Positions 47,935 through 64,000 of a stretch of 64,000 nucleotides of DNA are shown here, one piece after another. The stretch is from the NCBI RefSeq assembly GCF_009914755.1, contig NC_060928.1; one strand, 5' to 3'. Below the pieces are notes generated by a model, which had not been told where the DNA came from, made no database searches, and was given only the letters and a program-made list of their open reading frames with translations. The stretch is from the human T2T-CHM13v2.0 reference genome, Homo sapiens. A program made the position numbers and the translations under genes. Numbering within the stretch: position 1 is the stretch's first letter; each line of letters opens with the position of its first letter.

Positions 47935-49125
47935 ACCACTGCACATCTTTTAGAATGGCAAAAATTCGAAACACTGACAATATCCATTGCTGGTGAGAAT
48001 GTAAACAGGAACTCTCATTGACAGTGGGAATGCAAAGTGGTACAGCCACTTTGGAAAGACATTTTGTCAGTTCCTTACAAAACGAAACATACCCTTACCG
48101 TATAATCCAGCAATCTCCCTCCTTGATATTTACCCAAAGGAGTTGAGAACTTATGTCTCCACAAAAATCTGCAAATGGATATTTATAGCAGCTTTATTCA
48201 TAATTACCCAAACTTGAAAGCAACCACAATGTCCTTAAGTGGATGAATGTGTAAACTGTGGTATATCCAGACAATGAAATATTATTGAGCACTAAAAAAA
48301 AATGAGCTATTCAGGCATGAAAAGGCAGAGAGGAACTTTAAATTCATGTTACTGGCTAGGCTCACACCTGTAACCCTATCACTTTGGGAGGCCAAGGCAG
48401 GAGGATCACTTAAGCCCAGTTGTTTGAGACCAGCCTGGACAATATAGTGAGACTACGTCTCTATTTTAAAATAGAAAAAAAAAACACATATAAATACATA
48501 TTACTAAATGAAAGAAGACAATCTGAAAAGGGTACCTACTACATGATTTCAGCTATGTGACATTCTGGTAAAGGTAAACTGGTGAAAGTCGGCTGGCCGT
48601 GGTGCCTCATGCCTGTAATCCCAGGACTTTAGGAACCCGAGGCAGGCAGATCACTTGAGGTCAAGAATTCAAGACCAGCCTGGCCAACATGGTGAAACCC
48701 CATCTCTACTAAAAATATAAAAATTAGCTGGGCATGGTGGTGCATGCCTGTAATCCCAGCTACTCAGGAGGCTGAGGCACAGGAATCGCTTGAGCTTGGG
48801 AGGAGGAGGTTGCAGTGAGCCAAGATGAAGGATCAAGCTGCTGCACCCCAGCCTGAGTGAAGGAGTGAGACTCTGCCTAAAAAAAAAAAAAAAAAAAAAA
48901 AACCAAACCAAAAACAAAACTGTGGTGAAAATGAAAAGATCAATGGCTGTCAGGGGTTGGGGGAAGGATGTGATGACTAATAGGCAGAGCACAGAAGATT
49001 TTTAGGGCAGTAAAACTATTCTGTATATTATAATAGTGGATACATGTCATTCTGCCTTTGTCAAAACTCATAGGATGCATAACACCAGGAGTGAAACCTA
49101 ATGTAAACTCTGAACTTTGGGTGAT
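47935..49125 (+). mobile_element. L1MB-type 3' region, copy 2, interrupted by Alus 48355-48485 and 48591-48915
   Basis: GCAGCTTTATTCATAATT...TGACATTCTGG...CCTAATGTAAACT.TGAACTTTGGGTGAT. Confidence 0.9.
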
Positions 49126-49509
49126 TAAAAAAAAACATGCTGGATATATACGTATGTAATCTATCTGTCTATCTATCATCTATCATCTCTCTAGATACAT
49201 AGATATATATTGAAATAGCCGTATCTACTGTCACTCTCCTCAATGCCTTTCCCTTTAGAGACAGAATGAGGAAAAGAAATAAGACCAATCTTGCTTTCCC
49301 AAGAGAATGTGGAAAATTTCTTTATACCCGCCCCATTCAGCCACCTGTGCGTCTCACTGGGACTACTTATGTGCCTCCAGTTCTCCATAGAGCCCTGTAA
49401 TGGAGGCTTTGGGCCCCACTGCCCACTGTCCTATGCACTCACAAAAGTACACTGGGTTATTCACAAGTCTGGCTGTGTTTTTTTTTTGGTGGGTGGGGTG
49501 GGGTGTGGA

Positions 49510-51083
<1,574 letters not shown>

Positions 51084-51746
51084 TAAAAATTCAGTTTTTC
51101 TTTCCTTAGATGCTCTCAGTCAGTGTTGGCCATCCTCAATTTGCACTTCTTCCTAAAGTTGTTTTAGTTTTTGAGGAAGGTTTTCTTTCCTGTCAGTAAA
51201 TGTTTATATTTTCAGGCTGATTAGTGATTAGAAGAGTACGTCTGAGATAGTATAGATAAAAAGAAAGTTGTATATTTAAATTTGGAGAGGCTTTTGAAAT
51301 AGATATTCTTGGAGTTGTGCTGTCTCCCCCAGCCACTGTGGTGATGGATCTTGCCCAAAAGTCTCACAGAGGTGACTCACTCAGGCAAGAATTGCTTAAA
51401 TTCACATGGGTGTATGTAATGGGCACAGATGTCAGGTTGATGTAGCCAGTACACCAAGGGGAAGCTTCAGTGCTCTGGTGGTCACCACAAAAGTAGGTGG
51501 CAGAACTGGAGGATCCCCCCTGCATTAGTATTATTGTTATTAGTCTAACAATTTTGAGTTCTTATTGATTTCTTTATTTTAATTTTTAATGTAATTATAT
51601 TTATTTATTTTACTCATTAAATTTCATAACTTTATGTAATAAGGACCGCTTATATATTTTTTTTTCACTTGAGGTTATACCAGTTTAGCCCCTGGCTTCC
51701 TTGACTGTAAAGCCCAAGCAATTACTGATTGCACTGTACTTCAATC

Positions 51747-52082
51747 CAGGGGTCCCCAACCTCTGGGAAGTGGACTAGTACCAGTACATGGCCTGTTAGG
51801 AACCGGCCGCACAGCAGGGGCTGAGCAGAGGGCGAGGGAGCATTAACCCTGAGCTCCACCTCCTCTCAGATCAGTGGCAGTGTTAGATTCTCACAGGAGC
51901 CTAGACCCTATTGTGAACATGCGAGGGATCTAAGTTGCGTGCTCCTTATGAGAATCTAACTAATGCCTGATGATCTGAGATAGTACAGTTTCATTCCAAA
52001 GCCATCCCCTCTACCCCTGGCCCGTGGAAAAATTGTCTTCCATGAAACCGGTCCCTGGTGCCAAAAAGGTTGCAGACCACTG
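51747..52082 (+). mobile_element. MER1B (hAT-Charlie MITE)
   Basis: CAGGGGTCCCCAACC...CCAAAAAGGTTGCAGACCACTG termini; 8-bp TSD CTTCAATC / CTTTAATC. Confidence 0.92.
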
Positions 52083-52118
52083 CTTTAATCCACCAAACTG
52101 GTTAGATTAAATATATAG

Positions 52119-52757
52119 TGTATTAGGGTCCTGTGGAGAAACGAACCAACAAGATTTATATCTGTCTATATCTATACCTATATCTATATCTATATATTCT
52201 ATACAAGGATATATATATATTCTATACAAGATATATATGTATCTCCTTGTATAGAATATAAAGATATTTTTTATATATATGTGTGTGTGTGTGTATATAT
52301 CTTGTATAGAATATACAAGATCTCCTTGTATAGAATATAAAGAGATTTTATATAAGGAATAGGCTCCCGGTGATTATGGAGGCTGACCAGTCCCATGATC
52401 TACAGTCAGGAAGCTGGAGACCCAGGAGAGGCAAGGGTGTAGTTCCAGTCTGATCTCCAGCCGGCTTGAGACCCAAGAAGAGCTGCGTTTCAGTTTGAGT
52501 CTGAAGGAAAGAAAAAATCAGTTTCGGGCTAAGGCAGTCAGGCAGCAGGAGTTGCCTCTTAGCCCTTTTGTTGAGTTCCAGTCTTCAACTGACTGGATGA
52601 GACTCACCCACATGAGTGAGGGCCATCTGCTTCCCTCAGTTTCCTGATTCACATGTTAATCTCAGCCAGAAACACCCACACAGACACTCTGAGAAAAATG
52701 TTTGACCAAATGTCTGGGGACTCTGACCCGGTCAAGACACACAAATTAACCATCACA
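52119..52757 (-). mobile_element. MLT2B-type ERVL LTR with expanded internal TA-rich tract
   Basis: TGTATTAGGGT...GTGATTATGGAGGCTG...AAATTAACCATCACA. Confidence 0.88.
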
Positions 52758-53327
52758 TATGGCTACATAAAAGGCCTGGAAAAACTTCCACTGATTGACA
52801 GTTACCACACCACAAAGAACAGATTGTAAATGGTTTGACAAGCTATAAGAGCGGTCAGAATGACCCTGTGACATTTGAATGTCACACGGGTGAGGCCCTC
52901 AGTTTGGACCATGATGAAGGGTAATCCTCACAGCACAGAATGGGGTAGGAGAGGGAGGTGTGGTTCCTGTTGTACCTTTTTAGGTAGAGGGCATTGGTAG
53001 TGGTGCCAGCCTAACTCTGTCCGGTTGCTTACACCTGTGGCTGTACCTGAGGAGTACCTGTGTCACAAGAGGCTCTTAGGCTCTGAGGAAGCCAAAAGCA
53101 GAGCTCTGGGGATAGGAGGGGAACTAGGGGGTTACATGTCCCTCTGCAATATTCCATCTGCATGCCCTCAGCCCTGGGGGAAAATTTTGTAACTTTACAA
53201 AATTAGATAGAACATGAGAACACGAAACCTGACAGCAGATGCTATATGCAATTGTGGAATGTAAGTTATAGTTTTGTTTATTCCACAACAATGTAAAAAT
53301 CTTGGATTTTTCTTCAAGATGGAAACT

Positions 53328-53783
53328 GTATTAATTTGCTAGGGTTGCTATAACAAAATATAAACTGGGTGGCTTAAATGACAGAAATCCGTTGTCTCAC
53401 AGTTGTGGAGGCTGGAAGTCTGAGATCAAGGTGTGGGCAAGATCGGTTTCTTCCGAGAGCTGTGAGGGAGTAACCTGTTCCATCCCTCTCTGCTGGCATC
53501 TCGTGCTTGCTGGCGTCTCTCACATTCCTCAACCTCTGCGGCATCACCCTGATCTCTGCCTTCACCTGCACATGGTTTTTCCCTGTGTTTATGTCTGTGT
53601 CCAGATTTCTTTTTTACAAGGATACCAGTTGCTTTTGATCAGGGGCCCACCCTACTCCAGTATGACCTCATCTTAACAATTCCATCTACAATGACTCTAT
53701 TTTCAAATCAGGTCACATTCTAAGGAACTGGGAGTCAGGACTTCAACATATGAAATTTGGAGGGACACAATTCAGCCCCAACA
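53328..53783 (-). mobile_element. MLT1B/C-type MaLR LTR
   Basis: TGTATTAATTTGCTAGGG...GGAGGCTGGAAGTCTGAGATCAAGGTG...GGGACACAATTCAGCCC. Confidence 0.85.
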
Positions 53784-53937
53784 GAAGCTAATAACAAGCA
53801 AAGCCATCTTTTGTAGAGAATCATCTTTATATTATAAGCTTGCCCTCTCTCCTCTCTCTCCAGTCATCTTTGTTGTATTCCACTTAGAGAGGAGCACACT
53901 CTTCCCAGTGATCCCTGCAGATACGTGGTGTGGTTGG

Positions 53938-54391
53938 TGTCAGGCCTCTGAGCCCAAGCTAAGCCATCATATCCCCTGTGACCTGCATGTATACATTCAG
54001 ATGGCCTCCAGTAACTGAAGAATCACAAAAGAAGTGAAATTTAAATGGCCTGTTCCTGCCTTAACTGATGACATTCCACCACAGAAGTTAAAATAGCCGG
54101 TCCTTGCCTTAACTGATGACATCACCTTGTGAAATTCCTTCTCCTGGCTCATCCTGGCTCAAAAAGTTCCCCCACTGAGCACCTTGTGACCCCCACCCCT
54201 GCCCGCCAGAGAACAACCCCCTTTGACTGTAATTTTCCTTTACCTACCCAAATCCTATAAAACGGCCCCACCCCTATCTCCCTTCACAGACTCTCTTTTC
54301 GGACTCAGCCGCCTGCACCCAGGTGAAATAAACAGACTTGTTGCTCACACAAAGCCTTTTTCGTGGTCTCTTCACACGTATGCGACTGAAA
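53938..54391 (+). mobile_element. Full-length solo LTR7 (HERV-H LTR)
   Basis: TGTCAGGCCTCTGAGCCCAAGCTAAGCC start; duplicated CCTTAACTGATGACAT; TATAAAA ~54256; AATAAA ~54327; 5-bp TSD GTTGG / GTTGA. Confidence 0.96.
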
Positions 54392-54416
54392 GTTGATACC
54401 ATTAAATATATATGTA

Positions 54417-57994
<3,578 letters not shown>

Positions 57995-58589
57995 CACTTA
58001 ACCCCCTTTGTGCCCACTTCTTAAAGGTTTTCTTATGGGGATTAATACCTTGCAATTCCAGTTTTGTACACGTATCAGTGGCCTGCAGCTTCCCACAGGC
58101 ATCTCTTTACGTGACACCAGGGAAGCTCCAAAGCAGGCAAGGCAAGGTGCTGTCAGATTACACTTGCTTAAATTCTGGATATCACAGCAAAAACTAGAGT
58201 AAAACTGGGCAGAGAAGAAATGAGATAGGTTACAACATATAACTAGCAAGTCAGGAAGTTAAAATTAAAACAATGAAGAGATACCATTTTTTATCCTATC
58301 AAATTGACCAAGATTAAAAAGCGATAGCCCATTTAGGAGAAACCGAACAAGAGCCCTGGGAATGAATGCAAAGGAGTCCAGTATCACTGGGTAGATAGGA
58401 TCGACAGGGTGAGACTATTGATTAGATATGGGAAGTAAGGGAAAGGCAGGTGTTCCACCTGCCTCCAGCCTGAGTCACTGAAAGGATTCTTTTGCCATTA
58501 GTTTAGTTAGACAGAGAATATAGGAAAGAGAGCTGGTTTTTCAGAAGCAAGAACGGATTGGTAATGTTGAGTTAAAAATTTATATTTGG

Positions 58590-58682
58590 GTGCTCACTTC
58601 AGCAGTGCATATACTAAAGTTGGAACGATACAAAGAAAATTGGCATGGCCCCTGCACAGGAATGACACACAAATTTGTGAAG
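58590..58682 (+). pseudogene. RNU6: U6 snRNA retropseudogene, 3'-truncated
   Basis: GTGCTCACTTCAGCAGTGCATATACTAAAGTTGGAACGATACAAAGAAAATTGGCATGGCCCCTGCAC...AAATTTGTGAAG aligns to U6 nt ~1-93; 16-bp imperfect TSD at 58574-58589 / 58687-58702. Confidence 0.95.
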
Positions 58683-59239
58683 AAAAATAAAGTTGTATTT
58701 GGAACTTGTTAGTGAGATACAGGTTGTGAGTCACTGCAAATAAACAGCAGCTGAAACCTTCTCCAGAAGGACAGTGAGGTTTTAAAAGGACTTAGGGGAA
58801 CTTCATCAAATGCCAATTTTAGAGGGTTGTCTGAAGATTGGGGGCTAGTGGTAGGAAGAAAATGAGGACATCAGAGTGTCATAGATTGGGGAGATATTTT
58901 CAAAGGAGTGAGTTTAACTCAGCTGAATGCTGCAGAAAGGTGGAGTGGTAAGAAAGCCACAAAGAGGTCATTCGACTTATTTAATAGAAAATTATTTCAG
59001 ACTTTAGAGGGAGAAATGTCTATAAAGTAAAATGAGCAAAAAAGACATTACACAGGGTTGGAATAAATAATACCAGCTCATATTGAAGGAATCACAAAGT
59101 GATCTTCATGTTGATGAAGGGAAAGAAAAATGATAGTCTGTGGTAGGAAGTAAAACTGCTGAGATGGACATTGAAATCTGGAATTGTGAATATGTTTTTC
59201 TTAGAAATTTAATAAGAATTAAAACTAATTCTTCTTAAT

Positions 59240-59332
59240 TTAAATTTTTTTTTTTTTGCAGTTGCAGTAGTAGTTGCAAGTGAAGGAGGGTAAGAGAACA
59301 GTAAAAAGAAAAATATGATAAGGGAGGGCCAT
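59240..59332 (-). pseudogene. env: HERV-W env stub (18 native codons, then junction and poly(A) read-through)
   Basis: Translates MALPYHIFLFTVLLPSFT-CNYYCNCKKKKI*. Confidence 0.85.
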
Positions 59333-59349
59333 GGGATTTATGATTTTAG

Positions 59350-62300
59350 TTACTTTCCTCCCGGTTGTCGCTTGAAGAGCAGGCGCAGATCCTCTAGAGG
59401 TTCAAAGGAATTGCTAGCGTTGTTTCCTGGATTTTCAGGTTCCTTTGGTAGTATCCAGGGTTTGACTCGAGTGTGATGTATCCAAGACTCCACTCCAGCC
59501 ACTTTTACTGCGGTTGGGGTAGATAAAATGACTGGGTAGGGTCCTTCCCAGGATATATCTAGGCAATGAGAATTAGAGGGAAGGGACTTGACTAATACCA
59601 TGTCACCAGGGTGGAATAGTTCCTTCCCCTCTTCTCGGGGACAGGCTCCTTGTAATGTTTTAAGAACTTGTTGATATTTGGATAAGGAGGTGATGTCTGC
59701 AACTAAGTTGGCTCTCTCTCAGTCAAGCACAAGGTCATTGGTTAGGAAGGGCTATCCATATAGCATTTCGTATGGGCTAAGTCCTGCTTTTTGGGGAGAG
59801 TTTTGGATTCTTAGTAAGGCTATAGGCAACAGAGCAGGCCATGTGAGGTGGTTTTCCTGGGTTAGCTTTTTTTAGATGTCGTTTGAGTGTTTCATTCAGT
59901 TTCTCGGCCTTCCCTGAGGACTGCCTCCAGGCGCAGTGTAAGTGATATTGTATACCTAACACCTGGGATACTCCTGGGTTACTGTAGCCTTGAAAGCAGG
60001 GCCATTGTCACTCTGTAAGCCTCAGGGAAGTCTGAATCTGGGAATTATTTCATGAACTAATGCCTTTATTACCTCTTGGGACTTTTCTGTCTTACAGGGG
60101 AAGGTCTCTGCCCAACCAGTGAAAGTATCTACCCAAACTAGTAGATACTGAAATCCCTGAGATTTGGGCATGTGGGTAAAATCTAGTTGCCAGTCTTCTC
60201 CTGGGTAATGGCCTGTTCTTTGTTCTCCTGAAGGAGCTTGGTGATAAGGCATGGGATTATTTCTTCGGCACACTTCACAGGCCCTGACTAGCTGCTTGAT
60301 AGTTTTGAAAAGGCCTGGTCCAGTAAATAATGATTTGGCCATCTGATGGGTGCTATCAATGTCTAAGTGAAAGGTTTGGTGAAGGGTTTTAAGTAATTTC
60401 CATTGGTTAGCTGCAGGCAAAAGTATTTTTCCTTCTTCGGTGGCTAGCCATCCTGAGGGGAGGAAACTATGTCCTCATGAGGTTCCCCATTCTATTTCTT
60501 TTTCTAAGTATTGGGGCTTGGTTTCCCGGAGGGGATTACCCCATACTAGGGGTCCTTCTATAAGCATTTCTAATGGAGGGTCCTGCCTTGCGGCTCTTTT
60601 GGCTTCAATATCCGCTTGGCAGTTCCCTTTTATTTCCCTTTCCTTTTCTTTCTGACCACCCCAGCAGTGTAAGACTGCCACCTCTTTAGGTTTCTGTATA
60701 GCCAATAATAATCTCCTAATAACTTCCTGATGTTTGATAGGTGTTCCCTCAGAAGTTAAGCATTCCCTTTCTCTCCATATTGCTGCGTGGGCACGGAGGA
60801 CTAGGTAAACATACTTAGAATCTGTATGTGTATTTACCCTTTTTCCTTCTCCTAATTCTAGTGCCCGAGTGAGGGCTATTAGTTCTGCCAGCTGAGCGCT
60901 GGTTCCTGGAGTGAGGGGATTATTTTCAAGTATTCCATTATCACTGAGCACTGCATACCCCACTTTTCAAAGTCCTTTTTCTACAAAGGAACTTCCATCA
61001 GTATACAAGTTGAGGTCGGGATCAGTTAAGGGAACCTCTAAAAGGTTCCCTCGAGCGGCCTAGGTTTGAGAAATTACTTGTTGGCAGTTATGTTCTATCT
61101 TCATTGTCTGGAAGAAATGTGGCTGGGTTAAGAGCTGCACAACTGCGCAGTTGCTGCACTGGCCCTTCAAGTAATACAGCCTGATATTTAAGTAAATGGT
61201 TGTCTGACAGCCACAAGTCTCCTTTAGCAGTGAGTATGCCATTCACATCATGAGATGTCCACACAGTAAGATCTCTTCCCTGTATCATTTTAACTGCTTC
61301 AGATGCTAAGACTGCTACTGCCGCCACTACCCATAAACAATGAGGCCAACCCTTTGCCACTACATCAATTTCCTTACTCAGGTATGCCATGGGTTGCAAG
61401 CTCATCCCTCAGACTTGTGTAAGGACTCCTAGAGCTATTTCCTGTTTTTTCTGTGACATACGAAGTAAAGTCTTGCCCTGTTGGCAAGCTTAACACTGGG
61501 GCTTGGGTTAGGGCCCTCTTTAGGGCCTGGAAAGCTGCTTCTGCTTCAGGTATCCATCTTACTAAATGGGTATTGGCTTTCTGAGTTTCCTTAATTAGCG
61601 TATATAATGGTCTGGCTATTTTGCCATACCTGGGAATCCATATTCAGCAGAAACCTGTTATGCCAAGGAACTCTCTTAGTTGCTTTAGGATTTGGGGATG
61701 AGGATAAGCCAGTATAGGCTTGATACGTTCCTCACTGAGGGCCCTGGTGCCTTTGGATAATTTTAGCCCCAAGTATTTAACCTGCTGTGAGCAGAGCTGG
61801 GTCTTTGGTTTGGAAACCTTGTAGCCACAGGTAGCGAGGAAATTTAAGAGTGCTTGGGTGGCTTGATGGCACAAGGTTTCTGAACAGGAAGCTAAAAGTA
61901 AATCATCCACATACCAAAGGAGAAGAGTGTCCAGGTATGAGAATTGGCTCAAGTCTTGGGCTAATGCCTGGCCAAATAGATGGGGGCTATCCCTGAACCC
62001 TTGGGGTAAAAAAGTCCAGGTGAGTTGAGATGTTGCATTCGAAGGATCTTCAAAGGCAAACAAGAATTGAGAGTCAGGATGTACAGGGATGCAGAAAAAG
62101 GCATCCTTAATATCCAGGACTGTAAACCATTCTGCTTCCTCTGGTATTTGAGAAAGCAGAGTATAAGGGTTAGGTACAGCTGGGTATAGAGGGACAACGG
62201 CCTCATTGATAATCCTGAGATCTTGCACTAACCTCCACTGTCCGTTGGGTTTCTGTACTCCTAAAATTGGAGTATTGCAGGGGCTATTGCATGGTTTTAC

Positions 62301-62435
62301 TAGGCCTTAGGCTTTTAGGTCCTTAACAATCTTTTGGAGTCCTTGTTGGGCCTCCGGTCTAAGGGGGTACTGCCTTCGGTAGGGAAAGAAGGCGGAATCC
62401 TTTAGTTTAACTTGAACAGGATGGGCATTCTTTGC
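59350..62435 (-). pseudogene. pol: HERV-W pol remnant (RT, RNase H, integrase), fragmented by stops and frameshifts
   Basis: QDLR, LPQG, YVDD (61644-62228); SAQLAELIAL...TDS (RNase H); H-H-C-C, WQLDFT and WEGPY/WIH (integrase) split over several ORFs. Confidence 0.93.
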
Positions 62436-62849
62436 TCATCCATATTGTCCTTCTGTTGCCCAGACTTCAGGATTAATTCCTTCCTCAAGCAGGGGACAAC
62501 AAACAGGTGTTCCTTCTCCTATGTTCAGTTGTATAATGGCCCCTGCTTTTGCTAGAATGTGTCTCCCTAACAAGGGAGTGGGGCTTTCAGGCATAATTAG
62601 AAAAGCATGTGAAAAGAGTAAAGCTCCCCACTCACAACTTAGTGGCTGGGAGAAGTATCTAGTGACTGGCTGTCCTAGGACCCCTCGGATAGTGACAGAT
62701 CTGGAGGACAGTTGTCTGGGACAGGAAAGTAAGACTGAGAAGGCTACACCAGTGTCCCAGAGACAGTTAACCTCCTGGCCTTCAATGGTCAAGCATACCC
62801 GGGGCTCTGTGAGGGTGATGGCATGGGCTGGCCCTTGCCCCGGGCACCC
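62436..62849 (-). pseudogene. pro: HERV-W protease remnant
   Basis: WDTGVAFSVL active-site motif and PLLGRHIL. Confidence 0.88.
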
Positions 62850-64000
62850 TCAGTCCTGCTGCTGGATCATCTGGTTAGTGGCTTCTGACTCAGAGGACCT
62901 TCATCCCCTGGGGCAGTGGGCCTTCCAGTGATTCCCATGCCATAAGGGGCATGGACAAGGGGTGGCTTACTTCTACTTGGACAATCTTTTTTAAAGTGTC
63001 CTTGTAGACCGCACTGGAAGCAAACCCTATTAGGCATTCAATTTTCTCAGCTTTTCCCTTTTCCAGAGCCTCCATAGTCCGCTTGCCTGAGGGCCATGAC
63101 TAAAGCGGTGGCCTTTTTTTTTTAATCCCGTTTGTCCCATTCTGCCTGCTCCTCCTGATCTCTATTATAAAAAACCGAGGTTGCCAAGTTCAATAGGGTT
63201 TCTAAGTTTTGTTCCGAGCCTAAGACGGACTTTTGAAGTTTTTTTCTAATGTCTGCAGCTGACTGAGTGATAAACTTATCTTTTAAGATTAGTTGGCCTT
63301 CAATAGAGTCAGGTGGCAGGGAGGTATGCTTCCTCAATGCCTCCCTTAGTCTCTCTAGAAAGGCAGTAGGATTTTCTTCCTTTCCCTGTGTTGTAGTGGA
63401 CATCATTCAATAATTCACAGGCTTCTTCCTAGTTTTCCTTAGTCCTTCTAGCACACAAGTTAGCAAATGTCTGTGGCACCAATCTCCATGTTCTGATTCT
63501 GTGTCCCAGTGAGGGTCTACATTGGGAACTGCCTGCCGGCCTGTGGGGAATTATTCTCTTTCCTCTCTTGTCATCCTATCATTGACCTGACTGAGATACC
63601 AGAGATCGCCAAACTCTCGGGCTGCAGTTATGGCGGCACTTCTCTCATTCAGGGTTAGTGTCTGATTTAGCAGTAACATTGTATCTCTCCATGTCGGATC
63701 AAAGGATTGTCCTAACCCTTGTAAAACATCAATATAGCCATCAGGGTTATCTGAGAATTTACCTAGGTCTATTTTAATTTGCTTTAAGTCTGAGAGAGAA
63801 AAAGGTACATGCACTCTGGCTGGGCCAAATTCTCCTCCTCCCACTGCTTGGAGGGGGCATAATCGGGGAATTTTGGCACTCTTTGGTTCATTGTCTACCC
63901 CTTTGTCTATCTCTTTTTGGACCATTTGGGTTGAAGGGGGGTCCTTATTAGTTGGAGAAGGAGTCGGAGAGACGCTGGGGTAGGGAGGTAGGCTCTGAGG
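62850..64000 (-). pseudogene. gag: HERV-W gag remnant (CA, NC), disrupted
   Basis: QGKEENPTAFLERLREAL (major homology region), CFQCGLQGHFKKDC zinc knuckle, QQQD-TGA stop at 62850-62852; premature stops near 63551 and 63408, and disruption at the poly-A run ~63120. Confidence 0.9.

Larger units (their letters stand above)
59245..64000 (-). mobile_element. HERV-W (HERV17) processed-pseudogene-type element; continues beyond the window
   Basis: gag-pro-pol homology; env start MALPYHIFLFTVLLPSFT (HERV-W/syncytin-1 signal peptide); ends TGCAACTGCA + 13 A with no 3' LTR. Confidence 0.93.

Noticed and set aside
58590-58682. Functional U6 gene
   Set aside because: Many substitutions including the ACAGAGA box, 3' truncation, TSD present, no evident PSE/TATA promoter
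59240-59332. Syncytin-1 (ERVW-1) gene
   Set aside because: Only the first 18 env codons exist, with no SU/TM and no 3' LTR; this is a different HERV-W copy
61644-62228. Functional reverse transcriptase or novel RT system
   Set aside because: Ordinary HERV-W pol fragment; flanking pol is broken by stops and frameshifts

Overview
Primate (very probably human) nuclear DNA: repeat-dense, Alu-rich (roughly 60 Alu copies or fragments), with no CpG island and no intact protein-coding gene that I can support. It contains old L1/L2/MIR fragments, several solo LTRs (LTR7/HERV-H, MER52/LTR27-28-like, MER67-like, THE1, MST, MLT1/MLT2, LTR33-like), DNA-transposon relics (MER1B, half MADE1) and four retrocopies. 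These are an HSBP1 processed pseudogene, an RNF14 5'-fragment retrocopy inserted into an L1, a 3'-truncated U6 snRNA copy, and a poly(A)-tailed HERV-W element (gag-pro-pol, minus strand, running off the right edge) lacking almost all of env and the 3' LTR. Nearly all long ORFs in the track are Alu or microsatellite artefacts. I find no convincing new biological system. The most unusual signals are structural: the HERV-W env-to-R junction, an RNF14 retrocopy that looks like an intron-polyadenylated isoform, an apparent ancient inverted duplication of an L1MB segment, a CACGTG-bearing higher-order (TG/TA) satellite, and several template-switch scars. Repeat subfamily names and parent-gene comparisons come from recalled consensus sequences, and most repeat boundaries are approximate.
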